Positions 24,780-33,078 of a DNA stretch of 64,000 bases are shown here, one piece after another (position 1 is the first letter of the stretch; each line of letters begins with the position of its first letter). Source of the DNA: a virus; the IMG/VR virus record IMGVR_UViG_3300025446_000004, positions 25,757-89,756 of that record. One strand, 5' to 3'. The position numbers and the translations under genes were made by a program. The notes beneath the pieces are model-generated. The model ran no database searches. It was not told the DNA's origin and saw nothing but the letters and a program-made list of their open reading frames with translations.

Positions 24780-25158
24780 GAGTCATGGTCCCGGTACCTG
24801 TATCTACCGGGTGGTGGAGGGCCGTTGGGTGCCCCTCGTAGCAGTCAGTCGTAAGGCTGCTACGTTTTAAGCATGTAGAAAGGTGCGGAATACAATTTCG
24901 GACACGGGTTCGACTCCCGTCGCTTCCACCATAAAAATATATGGGAGCGTCACGGTTTCGACGGAATTGAAACATGCAAGCTAGTTCATGCCGGGATTGG
25001 TGCTCACCGTGACGAGAACTAAACACAAACTGCCACACTGCGTGACGGTTGGAATAGGCTTAAGGCGGCGTTCTTCGGAACGTTTGCGTTTAGTCCTGTT
25101 CTTGCGACTGCTTAACCGTAGTCAAGGGTTTCCCGTGTCCTTAACCAATCACGGGATT
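24780..25158 (+). ncRNA. ssrA: circularly permuted (two-piece) tmRNA
   Basis: 3' module GGACACGGG-TTCGACT-CCCGT-CGCTTCC-ACCA ends 24931; 11-nt spacer; 5' module GGGAGCG-TCACGGTTTCGAC starts 24943; G3-U70 pair; tag ORF 25032-25115 ATLRDGWNRLKAAFFGTFAFSPVLATA*; outer ends approximate. Confidence 0.92.
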
Positions 25159-25184
25159 TGTAATATGTTTTTAGGAGGAATATC

Positions 25185-25661
25185 ATGTGTAAGTTCGCAA
25201 GCTTTGTTCTAACAAAGGATCAAGAGTTTTATGACGAAACTGGAGATTTGCACAGCGAAATTATCTCTCAAAACAATCTTCACGAATGGGGAACTCATGG
25301 CCCAAACATCGTCAAGGTTGAAATCACTCCCGTTGACAAAATCAAAAAATGGCCATCGTTAAAAGCATGGGTATTTAAAATAGATCAAGACATTTTGCCG
25401 AATTGGGCTGACGCCGAAACTTGTGAAAAACGTACACGGGCAGCGTTAGCGAGAAGAAGCAAAAAAGGTTTCAAAACAGTGGACGCAAGGGGTTGCACAG
25501 CTTTGACGGAACTCAAGGCGGGCGCAGCTACGTATGTGGACGCAAGGGGTTGCACAGCTTTGACGGAACTCAAGGCGGACGCAGCTACGTCTGTGGACGC
25601 AAGAGGTTGCAATACAAATCTTAAGATCAAAGCTAAAAAAGGTGCAACAATTTATCGCTAA
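25185..25661 (+). CDS. LRR-like repeat protein (paralog B)
   Basis: Same N-domain as 22412; repeats VDARGCTALTELKAxAAT. Confidence 0.8.
   Translation: MCKFASFVLTKDQEFYDETGDLHSEIISQNNLHEWGTHGPNIVKVEITPVDKIKKWPSLKAWVFKIDQDILPNWADAETCEKRTRAALARRSKKGFKTVDARGCTALTELKAGAATYVDARGCTALTELKADAATSVDARGCNTNLKIKAKKGATIYR
25479..25610 (+). repeat. 57-bp coding tandem repeat (~2.3 copies)
   Basis: GTGGACGCAAG at 25479, 25536, 25593; near-identical units. Confidence 0.9.
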
Positions 25662-25690
25662 TGCTACCTTAATTGAGGATATACTTGATC

Positions 25691-26236
25691 GTGAAATATT
25701 TAACCATTGACGAGCTACAACGACTATTGGCAGCGGTGGATAATCCACGCCATAAGTTGATGCTCAAGGTTGCGTTTCTTCACGGTCTCAGGGTCTCGGA
25801 GTTGATCGGGCTTACCACTAAAAATATACAGGGAGACTATTTGACAGTACAACGACTCAAAGGGTCTCGTAAAACATCGCAACCGCTGGCCGGTGATCCG
25901 GACCAACCGTTATTTAATGAGGTTGTAGAGCTAAATGAGTTGGTACTCAAGCTAAACCCCGGAGATCGGTTGTTTCCCATAACCCGCTTTGGAGTCTATA
26001 ACCTCATTCGCAGAGCCGGAAAGAAAGCCGGGATAAACGAGACGAAATTGTTCCCACACGCGCTTAAGCATTCGATTGCAATGAGTGCGATCAATACGTC
26101 GGGTATTCAATTCGTTAGGCAATGGCTAGGGCACAAGTCAATTGCTAGCACCGGCTACTATTTGGAAGCAACAGATGACGAAGCGGCTAAATCGATTTAT
26201 AGGGCGCTGCATGTAGCCGGGGAGACAAAGCTATGA
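25691..26236 (+). CDS. FimB/FimE-like catalytic-domain-only tyrosine recombinase
   Basis: KYLT, HGLRVSEL, RLKGS, HALKHS, LGH, TxxY. Confidence 0.85.
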   Translation: MKYLTIDELQRLLAAVDNPRHKLMLKVAFLHGLRVSELIGLTTKNIQGDYLTVQRLKGSRKTSQPLAGDPDQPLFNEVVELNELVLKLNPGDRLFPITRFGVYNLIRRAGKKAGINETKLFPHALKHSIAMSAINTSGIQFVRQWLGHKSIASTGYYLEATDDEAAKSIYRALHVAGETKL

Positions 26237-26559
26237 AATACATTGGCAAGATGGACCCCGAATGCATCCCTTTATGTGATGCCATGAATGCTCTGCCCGG
26301 CATCAAGACATTTGAATCGTGTTGCGGACACGGTAAACATGCATTTATTGTGTTTTTTAAAGCACCCTCATTTAACGCCATTAAACCCATCATAGCGGCA
26401 GCGGAGATTTGGTATTGGACAGTTCGAGTAAAGTGTTCCAGTGTTACTGATGAAATGTACTTTATATTAGAATCACCAGAACCAGACAGTAATTGGAAAT
26501 TTGACACCATTCTCAGCACAGTAGAGGATATTACAAAAATTTTGGGAGAAAAAAGATGA
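26233..26559 (+). CDS. conserved phage protein (TxxSCCGH motif)
   Basis: MDPECIPLCDAMNALPGIKTFESCCGHG. Confidence 0.7.
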   Translation: MKYIGKMDPECIPLCDAMNALPGIKTFESCCGHGKHAFIVFFKAPSFNAIKPIIAAAEIWYWTVRVKCSSVTDEMYFILESPEPDSNWKFDTILSTVEDITKILGEKR

Positions 26560-26909
26560 AACTTCGTGTGTGGTGGATTCCTCAAGTCCCCGGTAAGCGG
26601 TTTTTTGTTCCAGTAGAAGGGTTCGTACAGGCTAAACTTATATTAAAAGTCTTAGCCGAGTATGACTTGTTCCAACTGGCGAACAATATCAAAATCAAAC
26701 CAGACTACTACAACATTGGTGGTCTTGAGGTTTATAATGAATGCGCGGAAGATGGTGAAGTTATCGGATGGGAGGCTTGGAACGATTATGACCAAGAGGA
26801 TTCATGCTGCACCTATGGTACTATTGACGATGTAGACTTTGAGCGGGCAGTGGAACTAGACCGGCGCAGTGGCATCATCAATCATATAATCGAAGGAGAT
26901 GAGGTTTGA
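26556..26909 (+). CDS. P22 gp17-like (superinfection-exclusion related) protein
   Basis: LRVWWIPQVP...LAEYDLFQ...IKPDY.N.GGLE...W..W. Confidence 0.75.
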   Translation: MKLRVWWIPQVPGKRFFVPVEGFVQAKLILKVLAEYDLFQLANNIKIKPDYYNIGGLEVYNECAEDGEVIGWEAWNDYDQEDSCCTYGTIDDVDFERAVELDRRSGIINHIIEGDEV

Positions 26910-27153
26910 GATGGAGCAGCGGGAATCAGGGCTTAACATTACGATGAAATTGGCGCATAGTCGGTTGAACAATTGGGAAGGAAAAAAGTTGCGCCCGTTG
27001 TGTTTGAACTGTGGTGAGAAGGCGACCAATGAGTTGCCGTCTTGCAGTAACCCGAAATGCATTCGGATTGTGCGACCAATCTATCGATGGGCTGTCCGTG
27101 TTGCGAAGTGGGCGACAACCAAAGCCGTTAAACCAGCAAAGGCAACACTATGA
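26899..27153 (+). CDS. zinc-finger hypothetical protein
   Basis: CLNCG...CSNPKC. Confidence 0.5.
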   Translation: MRFEMEQRESGLNITMKLAHSRLNNWEGKKLRPLCLNCGEKATNELPSCSNPKCIRIVRPIYRWAVRVAKWATTKAVKPAKATL

Positions 27154-27707
27154 TCGACACCATATGTGCTCTCGTGGATTGGAAATGTAATCTCAAGTGT
27201 AGCTATTGCTGCAATGAGATTCCACGGTTCCGCAATCAGATTAAACCGATTGCCTTTGCCGATATTGATTGGAAGAAGTATCCCAACGTGTGCATCAGCG
27301 GCGGGGAGCCTTTGCTTTTTCCTGAGCGAGTCAAGCGCATCTGTGTGGCAGCACTGGATGCTTATAAAATTTTATATACTAACGGAGTTTTTCTGACCGA
27401 GGGTATGGCTGACGATCTTAGCAGATGGGGCATCGCGGCTGTAAATGTTGGCCTACACGTAGAAAAAAGTTTCGATGTGTTGATAAAGCGTATTTGCTAT
27501 AATGTTCGTTACCAAAATTTCAACACCCGATTCCATGTACGGAACATTTATAGACCGTTGGTTTATAAGTGGGAGGCCCAAGGGATTAACTTTAGGTACT
27601 GGAAGATGGGTGACTGTGACCGACCGAACGAAGATCGAGTCATTATTACAGACCGGAACAAATTGGAGGGAACCGAATGTCCGTTACCGTTATTGACACA
27701 GGTGTAA
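27150..27707 (+). CDS. radical SAM protein
   Basis: CNLKCSYC, ISGGEPLL, YTNG. Confidence 0.9.
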   Translation: MIDTICALVDWKCNLKCSYCCNEIPRFRNQIKPIAFADIDWKKYPNVCISGGEPLLFPERVKRICVAALDAYKILYTNGVFLTEGMADDLSRWGIAAVNVGLHVEKSFDVLIKRICYNVRYQNFNTRFHVRNIYRPLVYKWEAQGINFRYWKMGDCDRPNEDRVIITDRNKLEGTECPLPLLTQV

Positions 27708-27925
27708 ACACACCAAAGAAGCGGCGTCACAGAATACGTGTCCGCAATCATGTGATCCAGAATATTCTTGGTTCACTCTTTGGGGCGTCGGCTATTGCCG
27801 CGATTAGCACATTTTCACCGTTCGCTGCTATCATTGCCGTAGGGTCACTTATTGGCATGATTATGGCCGACCGTGTGGATATTGAAGAGGAAGAGGAACT
27901 GTCTGATGAAGCCAAGTCTAGCTAA
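27677..27925 (+). CDS. membrane protein
   Basis: Hydrophobic hairpin; GGAGG RBS. Confidence 0.6.
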   Translation: MSVTVIDTGVNTPKKRRHRIRVRNHVIQNILGSLFGASAIAAISTFSPFAAIIAVGSLIGMIMADRVDIEEEEELSDEAKSS

Positions 27926-28112
27926 AATTATATTAGCTTCGTGCTTCCTTCTGGCGGCTTGCGGGCACCAACCAGCACGGGTTGTGTTCCTTGACAATCA
28001 AGGTGCGCCCGTGCTTATATGTAAGTATGATGCGGCAACTGATTTGGTACTTAGTTGTCATTTGAAAGGCCGCAAGGCGCTGGATAGATTCGCCAATCGG
28101 CACATGAGGTAG
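27906..28112 (+). CDS. putative lipoprotein
   Basis: Signal peptide with LAAC lipobox. Confidence 0.6.
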   Translation: MKPSLAKIILASCFLLAACGHQPARVVFLDNQGAPVLICKYDAATDLVLSCHLKGRKALDRFANRHMR

Positions 28113-28116
28113 ACAA

Positions 28117-28482
28117 ATGCTCAACACGACGCTTGCATCAATCGCAGAAATGAGTGAACAAGAGTTGACTGAAATGCTCGAAGGTCTAGTCGAAAAAATT
28201 GGACTTGAGATAAACCAGCCAATGCATCAAATATTTGTGTCATTTCACCGTGATGCCAACAAGAGTAGTAATTTTGATATAGGCAAAGAAGGTTGGCCTG
28301 GAGGCGTTGTGGTTATTGCCCGTGGGCCGATAGATGCGGCCTTACAGTTATTTGACCGGAATCTTTATCCCGGCGGTACTGCTGCGTTCTATGATGTTCC
28401 TGTGTATGCGGAGGTTGATGAGTCTGATAGATATAGGGCGCTGAACAAAAATGATCTCATACGCTTTGCAGCAGAGGTATAA
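28117..28482 (+). CDS. hypothetical protein
   Basis: GAGG RBS. Confidence 0.6.
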   Translation: MLNTTLASIAEMSEQELTEMLEGLVEKIGLEINQPMHQIFVSFHRDANKSSNFDIGKEGWPGGVVVIARGPIDAALQLFDRNLYPGGTAAFYDVPVYAEVDESDRYRALNKNDLIRFAAEV

Positions 28483-28483
28483 T

Positions 28484-28732
28484 ATGTTTTTATGGGTGTT
28501 GTTGTGGTTGCTGGTTTGTTCTCCGATTGGTCTATTGCTGGCCGGGTTTTTATATGGCCCGTACTATTATCACCCGGCGATTGGAACACACGGTAACATG
28601 CTGAAAGTCATCCGCTGGAACTGTATCGCAATGGGCATTGTATTAGGTTTGCTGATCGTAGTTCCCGTGCTATTTTTTTATACAGACAATGCCGACACGG
28701 TGAAAAAAGCCCGTTGGAAGTCCGTATTTTGA
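28484..28732 (+). CDS. two-TM membrane protein
   Basis: GAGGT RBS; two hydrophobic segments. Confidence 0.6.
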   Translation: MFLWVLLWLLVCSPIGLLLAGFLYGPYYYHPAIGTHGNMLKVIRWNCIAMGIVLGLLIVVPVLFFYTDNADTVKKARWKSVF

Positions 28733-28746
28733 CAGGAGGATTAACA

Positions 28747-28956
28747 ATGAAGAGTGTAGTCATGGATCAATGGTACTCAATTGAGCATCAATTTAGAGGA
28801 AAAGGGGCATGGTCTCCAAGTGTACTCCAAGCGGACAAATACATTACCCGAAAAGAAGGGCGCAAGGCGCTCAAAGAAGCCAAGAAAACCAATCCAGCAG
28901 GGAAATATCGCCTTGTGAAAACAACCGTGCTGACGCGAACCAAGGTAGTTCGGTAG
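28747..28956 (+). CDS. small basic protein
   Basis: AGGAGG RBS. Confidence 0.65.
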   Translation: MKSVVMDQWYSIEHQFRGKGAWSPSVLQADKYITRKEGRKALKEAKKTNPAGKYRLVKTTVLTRTKVVR

Positions 28957-28960
28957 CAAT

Positions 28961-28989
28961 TTGACAAATGAACGAAAATGTGCTATGTT
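28961..28989 (+). promoter_or_regulatory. sigma70-type promoter
   Basis: TTGACA-17nt-TATGTT with TG. Confidence 0.65.
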
Positions 28990-29014
28990 ATAATTAGCAC
29001 AGTGGAAACATGTC

Positions 29015-29701
29015 ATGCCAGAAAATATCGCAGTGCCGACACTCGGCCATGATTATTCGTTGATAGCTAATGCGGAATCACCGTTTGGTTTTATACCATT
29101 TATGTCACCTACCCCGACACCGGACAGCACTGTGCGTGTACGCTATTGGGAAATGCCCCCAGAGATGAAACCGGTGCAAACAGAGTTTGAGTTTCCTCCT
29201 ATAATTATGGACAAATGGAAAGACCTGAACACAAGCAGTCATATGCGCCCATATTTGACTGCTGAAAGTTTACAGCAAAGGTTGGATTTAGCCGAACGGG
29301 CATTACGGATGTGTCTCCATAAGTTCGACGCCATTGCGTTCCAAGGCATGTCAGGGGCTTTTCTTGGGCCGCCGCTGGCCATGCGACTGCACAAAGATAT
29401 GATTCTTGTCCGCAAGGATTGTGACGATTCTCATTCGGGACTGTCCTTTGAAGGTGTAAAATCATGCAGTCAATATGTAATTGTAGATGATTTTGCAAGT
29501 ACAAAGAATACGATTCGACACATTGTAACAACTATATATAAACATATGGGACCAGAGGTTAACTGTGCCGGTTTAATTCAAGTTGAGTACCTAAACGAAA
29601 ATATTCTAAGGGACATTGCAATTGGGATATGCGATCCTTTTGAGTACACTAAAGATGTGAATGAAATTCTCGCTAACCTGAAATGCGGCATTGAGCCATG
29701 A
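29015..29701 (+). CDS. type I phosphoribosyltransferase-fold protein
   Basis: FDAIAFQGMSG...LVRK...YVIVDDFAST (PRPP-binding motif). Confidence 0.75.
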   Translation: MPENIAVPTLGHDYSLIANAESPFGFIPFMSPTPTPDSTVRVRYWEMPPEMKPVQTEFEFPPIIMDKWKDLNTSSHMRPYLTAESLQQRLDLAERALRMCLHKFDAIAFQGMSGAFLGPPLAMRLHKDMILVRKDCDDSHSGLSFEGVKSCSQYVIVDDFASTKNTIRHIVTTIYKHMGPEVNCAGLIQVEYLNENILRDIAIGICDPFEYTKDVNEILANLKCGIEP

Positions 29702-29946
29702 AAAAGAAAAAAGTTGTTGAAATTCCGCCTGAAATTCCGCAAGTGGGAGAGCTAGTTCGGTATTTTACCGAACAGGGTTGGCATATAGGAACGCTAGTTA
29801 AAAAGGTTGGCAAACGGTTTGTGATCAGTCCTGTTGCGGCGTATCATAAAGTCAAAGGCAAGCGTTGGAATGTGTGGGTGCCATTGACAGATGTACAAAA
29901 ATTACCGCCTCGTATGGCAAACTACAATACACCCGTGGAGTTGTAA
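29698..29946 (+). CDS. small SH3-like protein
   Basis: VGELVRY...GWHIGTL. Confidence 0.55.
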   Translation: MKKKKVVEIPPEIPQVGELVRYFTEQGWHIGTLVKKVGKRFVISPVAAYHKVKGKRWNVWVPLTDVQKLPPRMANYNTPVEL

Positions 29947-31230
29947 ATGAACGACCTTGACCAATTTGTTGACCGATTCTCTGGACTCTCAGAGGAATAT
30001 AAGTTTTATGGCGGTACTGTCACGCTCCAATATGAGCCGAAGAGTCACACCTATTTTCTTGTGCGCCCGAATGGTGAGCTTGAGCCACAACAGGGTGTAA
30101 CGTCTGTCTGCCATATTATCGACAAGAGTAAGCAGCTAATCCCGTGGGGCTGCAAGATGATGGCTGCTAAATTGTTAGCCAATATCCCAACCCAAGCTGT
30201 AACGGTTGGCTTGGGGAAAGAATTAGTCGATGGTGGTATAATTGTTCCTTCTATAGATTTTGCCGACTTTGAGCATTTGGTACTCGATGCTAAGACGGCC
30301 CATAAAGAAAAGTTGGAAGAGGCCGCTGAGCTTGGAAGCTTTGCTCATTCATGGGTAGAACGGTACATCAAATCTATCCTTGCAAACGGCCCGGACTCTG
30401 AAATCACACAAGAAATTCTTTCAAATTTCCCATTTGATGACCGAGTTAAGAATTGCTGCTATGCCGCGTTAGACTGGATGCGGAAACACAATGTCCGTTG
30501 GCTCAGTGCCGAACGGAAGATTTATAGCCGCAAGCATAAGTATGCTGGAACGGCTGACGGCTTTGCACTGGTTGATTCGTGCGATGATCCTGCGTGTTGC
30601 CCGGTAAAGTTCAAAGATCGATTCTCGAATGTCGATTGGAAATCATCAAACTATCTTTATATTGAGTACATCCTCCAAGGGGCGGCGTATACAGCGGCCT
30701 ATAACGAAGAATCATTATCTGATTACCTTGCGGCTGTAAACGGATCACCAATCAATAGTTATATCGAGACACCATCGATGATTACAGATCGATGGGTAAT
30801 CCGTCTTGGCAAAGAGGATGCCGAATTTGACCCGTGGCACTGTGAAGAGGGGACGTTTAAGGCCGACCTTAACGCCTTCCTAGAGGCGCTGGCTCTTAAG
30901 AATAGTGTGGAAGCCATTGAGAAACGCATGGACGCCTATACGACCCTGCGGCGTGAGGCCAAGAAGCAAGCTAAGAAGGCCGCTACAGCAGCCGATAAGC
31001 AAAAAGCTAAAGAAGAAAAGGCTGCCAAGAAAACAGAAGCCAAGGCAAAGGCCAAAGAGGATTTAAAGATCAAATGCAAAGGTGCTGACCGGTATCGGGG
31101 CGTCAGGCGACCAACCTGTAATGACGGCAAAGGTTGTCAAACTTGTATAACAATATATCAGAATGCTCAGGCGGCTAAAAAAGTATCACAACATGCTGCT
31201 GCATCCAGTCTGTTGAGCCTATTGAAATGA
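29947..31230 (+). CDS. PD-(D/E)XK nuclease
   Basis: GVT, AAELGSxAH, ExKIYS, YAGTAD, DWKSS, QxAAY. Confidence 0.85.
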   Translation: MNDLDQFVDRFSGLSEEYKFYGGTVTLQYEPKSHTYFLVRPNGELEPQQGVTSVCHIIDKSKQLIPWGCKMMAAKLLANIPTQAVTVGLGKELVDGGIIVPSIDFADFEHLVLDAKTAHKEKLEEAAELGSFAHSWVERYIKSILANGPDSEITQEILSNFPFDDRVKNCCYAALDWMRKHNVRWLSAERKIYSRKHKYAGTADGFALVDSCDDPACCPVKFKDRFSNVDWKSSNYLYIEYILQGAAYTAAYNEESLSDYLAAVNGSPINSYIETPSMITDRWVIRLGKEDAEFDPWHCEEGTFKADLNAFLEALALKNSVEAIEKRMDAYTTLRREAKKQAKKAATAADKQKAKEEKAAKKTEAKAKAKEDLKIKCKGADRYRGVRRPTCNDGKGCQTCITIYQNAQAAKKVSQHAAASSLLSLLK

Positions 31231-31517
31231 GTTACATGCACGAGCAAGTTGGGCGATGTGATCCGGGTCGCTTGGCTCGATGGGCCAAAAAGCGTCGTGT
31301 CACTAGGTGCCTTTTTAATTTCTTTTTTGGAATTGAATCAGAAATACCGTTGTGTTGTGTCATTGAGTATACTATACGAAATGCTGGGCATCCAATTAAA
31401 AGTTTTTGTGTAGGAAATAACGCATGTCATGCAAATTTTGCACACTGTTGGTTCCACAGAAGATATGAGCATTTTCACGTGGTCCCGCGAGATTATGTAA
31501 CTTCTTCTATGCTTTAA
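31227..31517 (+). CDS. hypothetical protein
   Basis: ATGA overlap; IPxCC motif. Confidence 0.5.
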   Translation: MSYMHEQVGRCDPGRLARWAKKRRVTRCLFNFFFGIESEIPLCCVIEYTIRNAGHPIKSFCVGNNACHANFAHCWFHRRYEHFHVVPRDYVTSSML

Positions 31518-31538
31518 CCATAACAAATGGAGGAACAA

Positions 31539-31697
31539 ATGTTCATGCTCTGGAACTTCTTAGGTAATCTGGCTGCACAGGTATTATATGTGGTCCTGTT
31601 AATCATTGCGTCCCTAGTCGGGATTGCCATCTGCATTGCGTTTCCGTTCCTTATTATGGTAATTCTATTGGTTTTATTCGTGTTCCATAGGGAGTAG
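31539..31697 (+). CDS. 52-aa membrane protein (not in ORF track)
   Basis: GGAGG RBS; almost entirely hydrophobic. Confidence 0.6.
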   Translation: MFMLWNFLGNLAAQVLYVVLLIIASLVGIAICIAFPFLIMVILLVLFVFHRE

Positions 31698-31866
31698 AAA
31701 AAATGCAGGAACGATGGGTACGCACAGAGGATTTAAGAATCGTGGCTAGAAAGCGTAAATGGGTACCTGCATGGTTGTGGATAAACATTATAGCTTTCTA
31801 CAAGTTGTATGAAATATGGCCGCTTGGTTGGATGTGCTGCTGCATCCGAAATTGGTAATTCTTAAC

Positions 31867-31895
31867 TTGACAACCGACCTGAAATGTGTTATAGT
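31867..31895 (+). promoter_or_regulatory. sigma70-type promoter
   Basis: TTGACA-17nt-TATAGT with TG. Confidence 0.75.
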
Positions 31896-31956
31896 AATGC
31901 TGTATAGTGGAAAAAGGCAGGTACTCAGTGCCTAGCCTGTGGAAGCAAGGAGAAAC

Positions 31957-32814
31957 ATGAGCACTGCTCTTACAATCCCGAGTGGGGATACCGCGCTGGC
32001 TACCGTTCAAGAAGGGGGCCGTGGTATTGACTTCGGCGCGAGGATTTTCAAACTTCGGCCATCAACATTAACAATTGTTCAACCAAACAGTCAAGCCGAA
32101 GGTGCAATCAAGGGCAAGCTTCGTATCTCTCAGACCGGTGACCAGTACGATGAATTGGAAATGGTTCTTCTGAGTATGCCTGTTGAGCGTCGAGCCTACT
32201 ACTTCGGCAAGCCGGGAGAGCTAAACCGGACTCCTGAGAACCTTATGTGCGCTTGTTCCTTGGTGATCCGTGATCGGAATGGTAAGGAACTGAGCGGCCC
32301 GGATGAGGGCGTTCGTGTTCCGGGGGCACTGAAATGCGCTAGTTGCCCCAAGGGTGACTGGTCCAAGTACCGGCAGACACATGAGCGCGAGGATATTCCA
32401 CCTTGTGACCTGTTCTATCGTGGACTCTTCCTTGATACACAGTACCAACTACCGCTGCAATGGTATCTCCGCAGTACGGCTAAGACAGCGTTCGAGGGAG
32501 GCATGGCTAACCTATCACGCAAGTTTGTCATGATGAAGGCTAAGGGTCTGAACCCAAACATCTACGATGTGAGCTTCAAGGTCACAACGAAGAAACAGCA
32601 AAAAGGCAATCTGCTTACCTATGTGCCGGTATTCAGTGACTTCACCCTGTTGTCACCAGAATCAATCGAAAAGTTCGGTGAAGTCTATCAGCAATTTGTT
32701 GGTTTCGCTGAGAGCGCGGACGATGGTGATGTAGTGGACCCGGTAGCACAAACTGAAACGGCTATAAACGATCAAGTGGGTGGGGAAGATTCAAGCGCAC
32801 CCATTGAAATCTAA
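31957..32814 (+). CDS. putative ssDNA-binding protein (Zn-containing, acidic tail)
   Basis: C...CASCP...PPC motif, acidic C-terminus, replication context. Confidence 0.55.
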   Translation: MSTALTIPSGDTALATVQEGGRGIDFGARIFKLRPSTLTIVQPNSQAEGAIKGKLRISQTGDQYDELEMVLLSMPVERRAYYFGKPGELNRTPENLMCACSLVIRDRNGKELSGPDEGVRVPGALKCASCPKGDWSKYRQTHEREDIPPCDLFYRGLFLDTQYQLPLQWYLRSTAKTAFEGGMANLSRKFVMMKAKGLNPNIYDVSFKVTTKKQQKGNLLTYVPVFSDFTLLSPESIEKFGEVYQQFVGFAESADDGDVVDPVAQTETAINDQVGGEDSSAPIEI

Positions 32815-33078
32815 CGGAAGTGATGGGTTGCGTTGGCGCATCCCTTAACGGCTGACCTAATACTTAGGGAACTCATGGCACCAAAAACCTGTAGTGGAAT
32901 CGCCATTGTAGAAATGCCGGTGTAACAGTTGGGCCAATGACTGCCGGGAAAGACCGGCGCTTTTTCCCATGTGTAGCGGCTGTGGTAAGCATGGGTTTAT
33001 GGCGCAGCCTCCGGGATCGTAGGAACCGTAGCGATCAGGACATACCCACGGTTCCTTTTTGTTAGACTAGGGGGAGCT

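Noticed and set aside
24901-24960. attP/attB remnant of a host ssrA used by the nearby recombinase
   Set aside because: Both ends, helix 2 and a full tag frame are present in permuted order, which fits a complete gene rather than a duplicated 3' fragment
22412-25661. Diversity-generating retroelement TR/VR pair
   Set aside because: No reverse transcriptase; both copies are coding; differences are not clearly adenine-restricted
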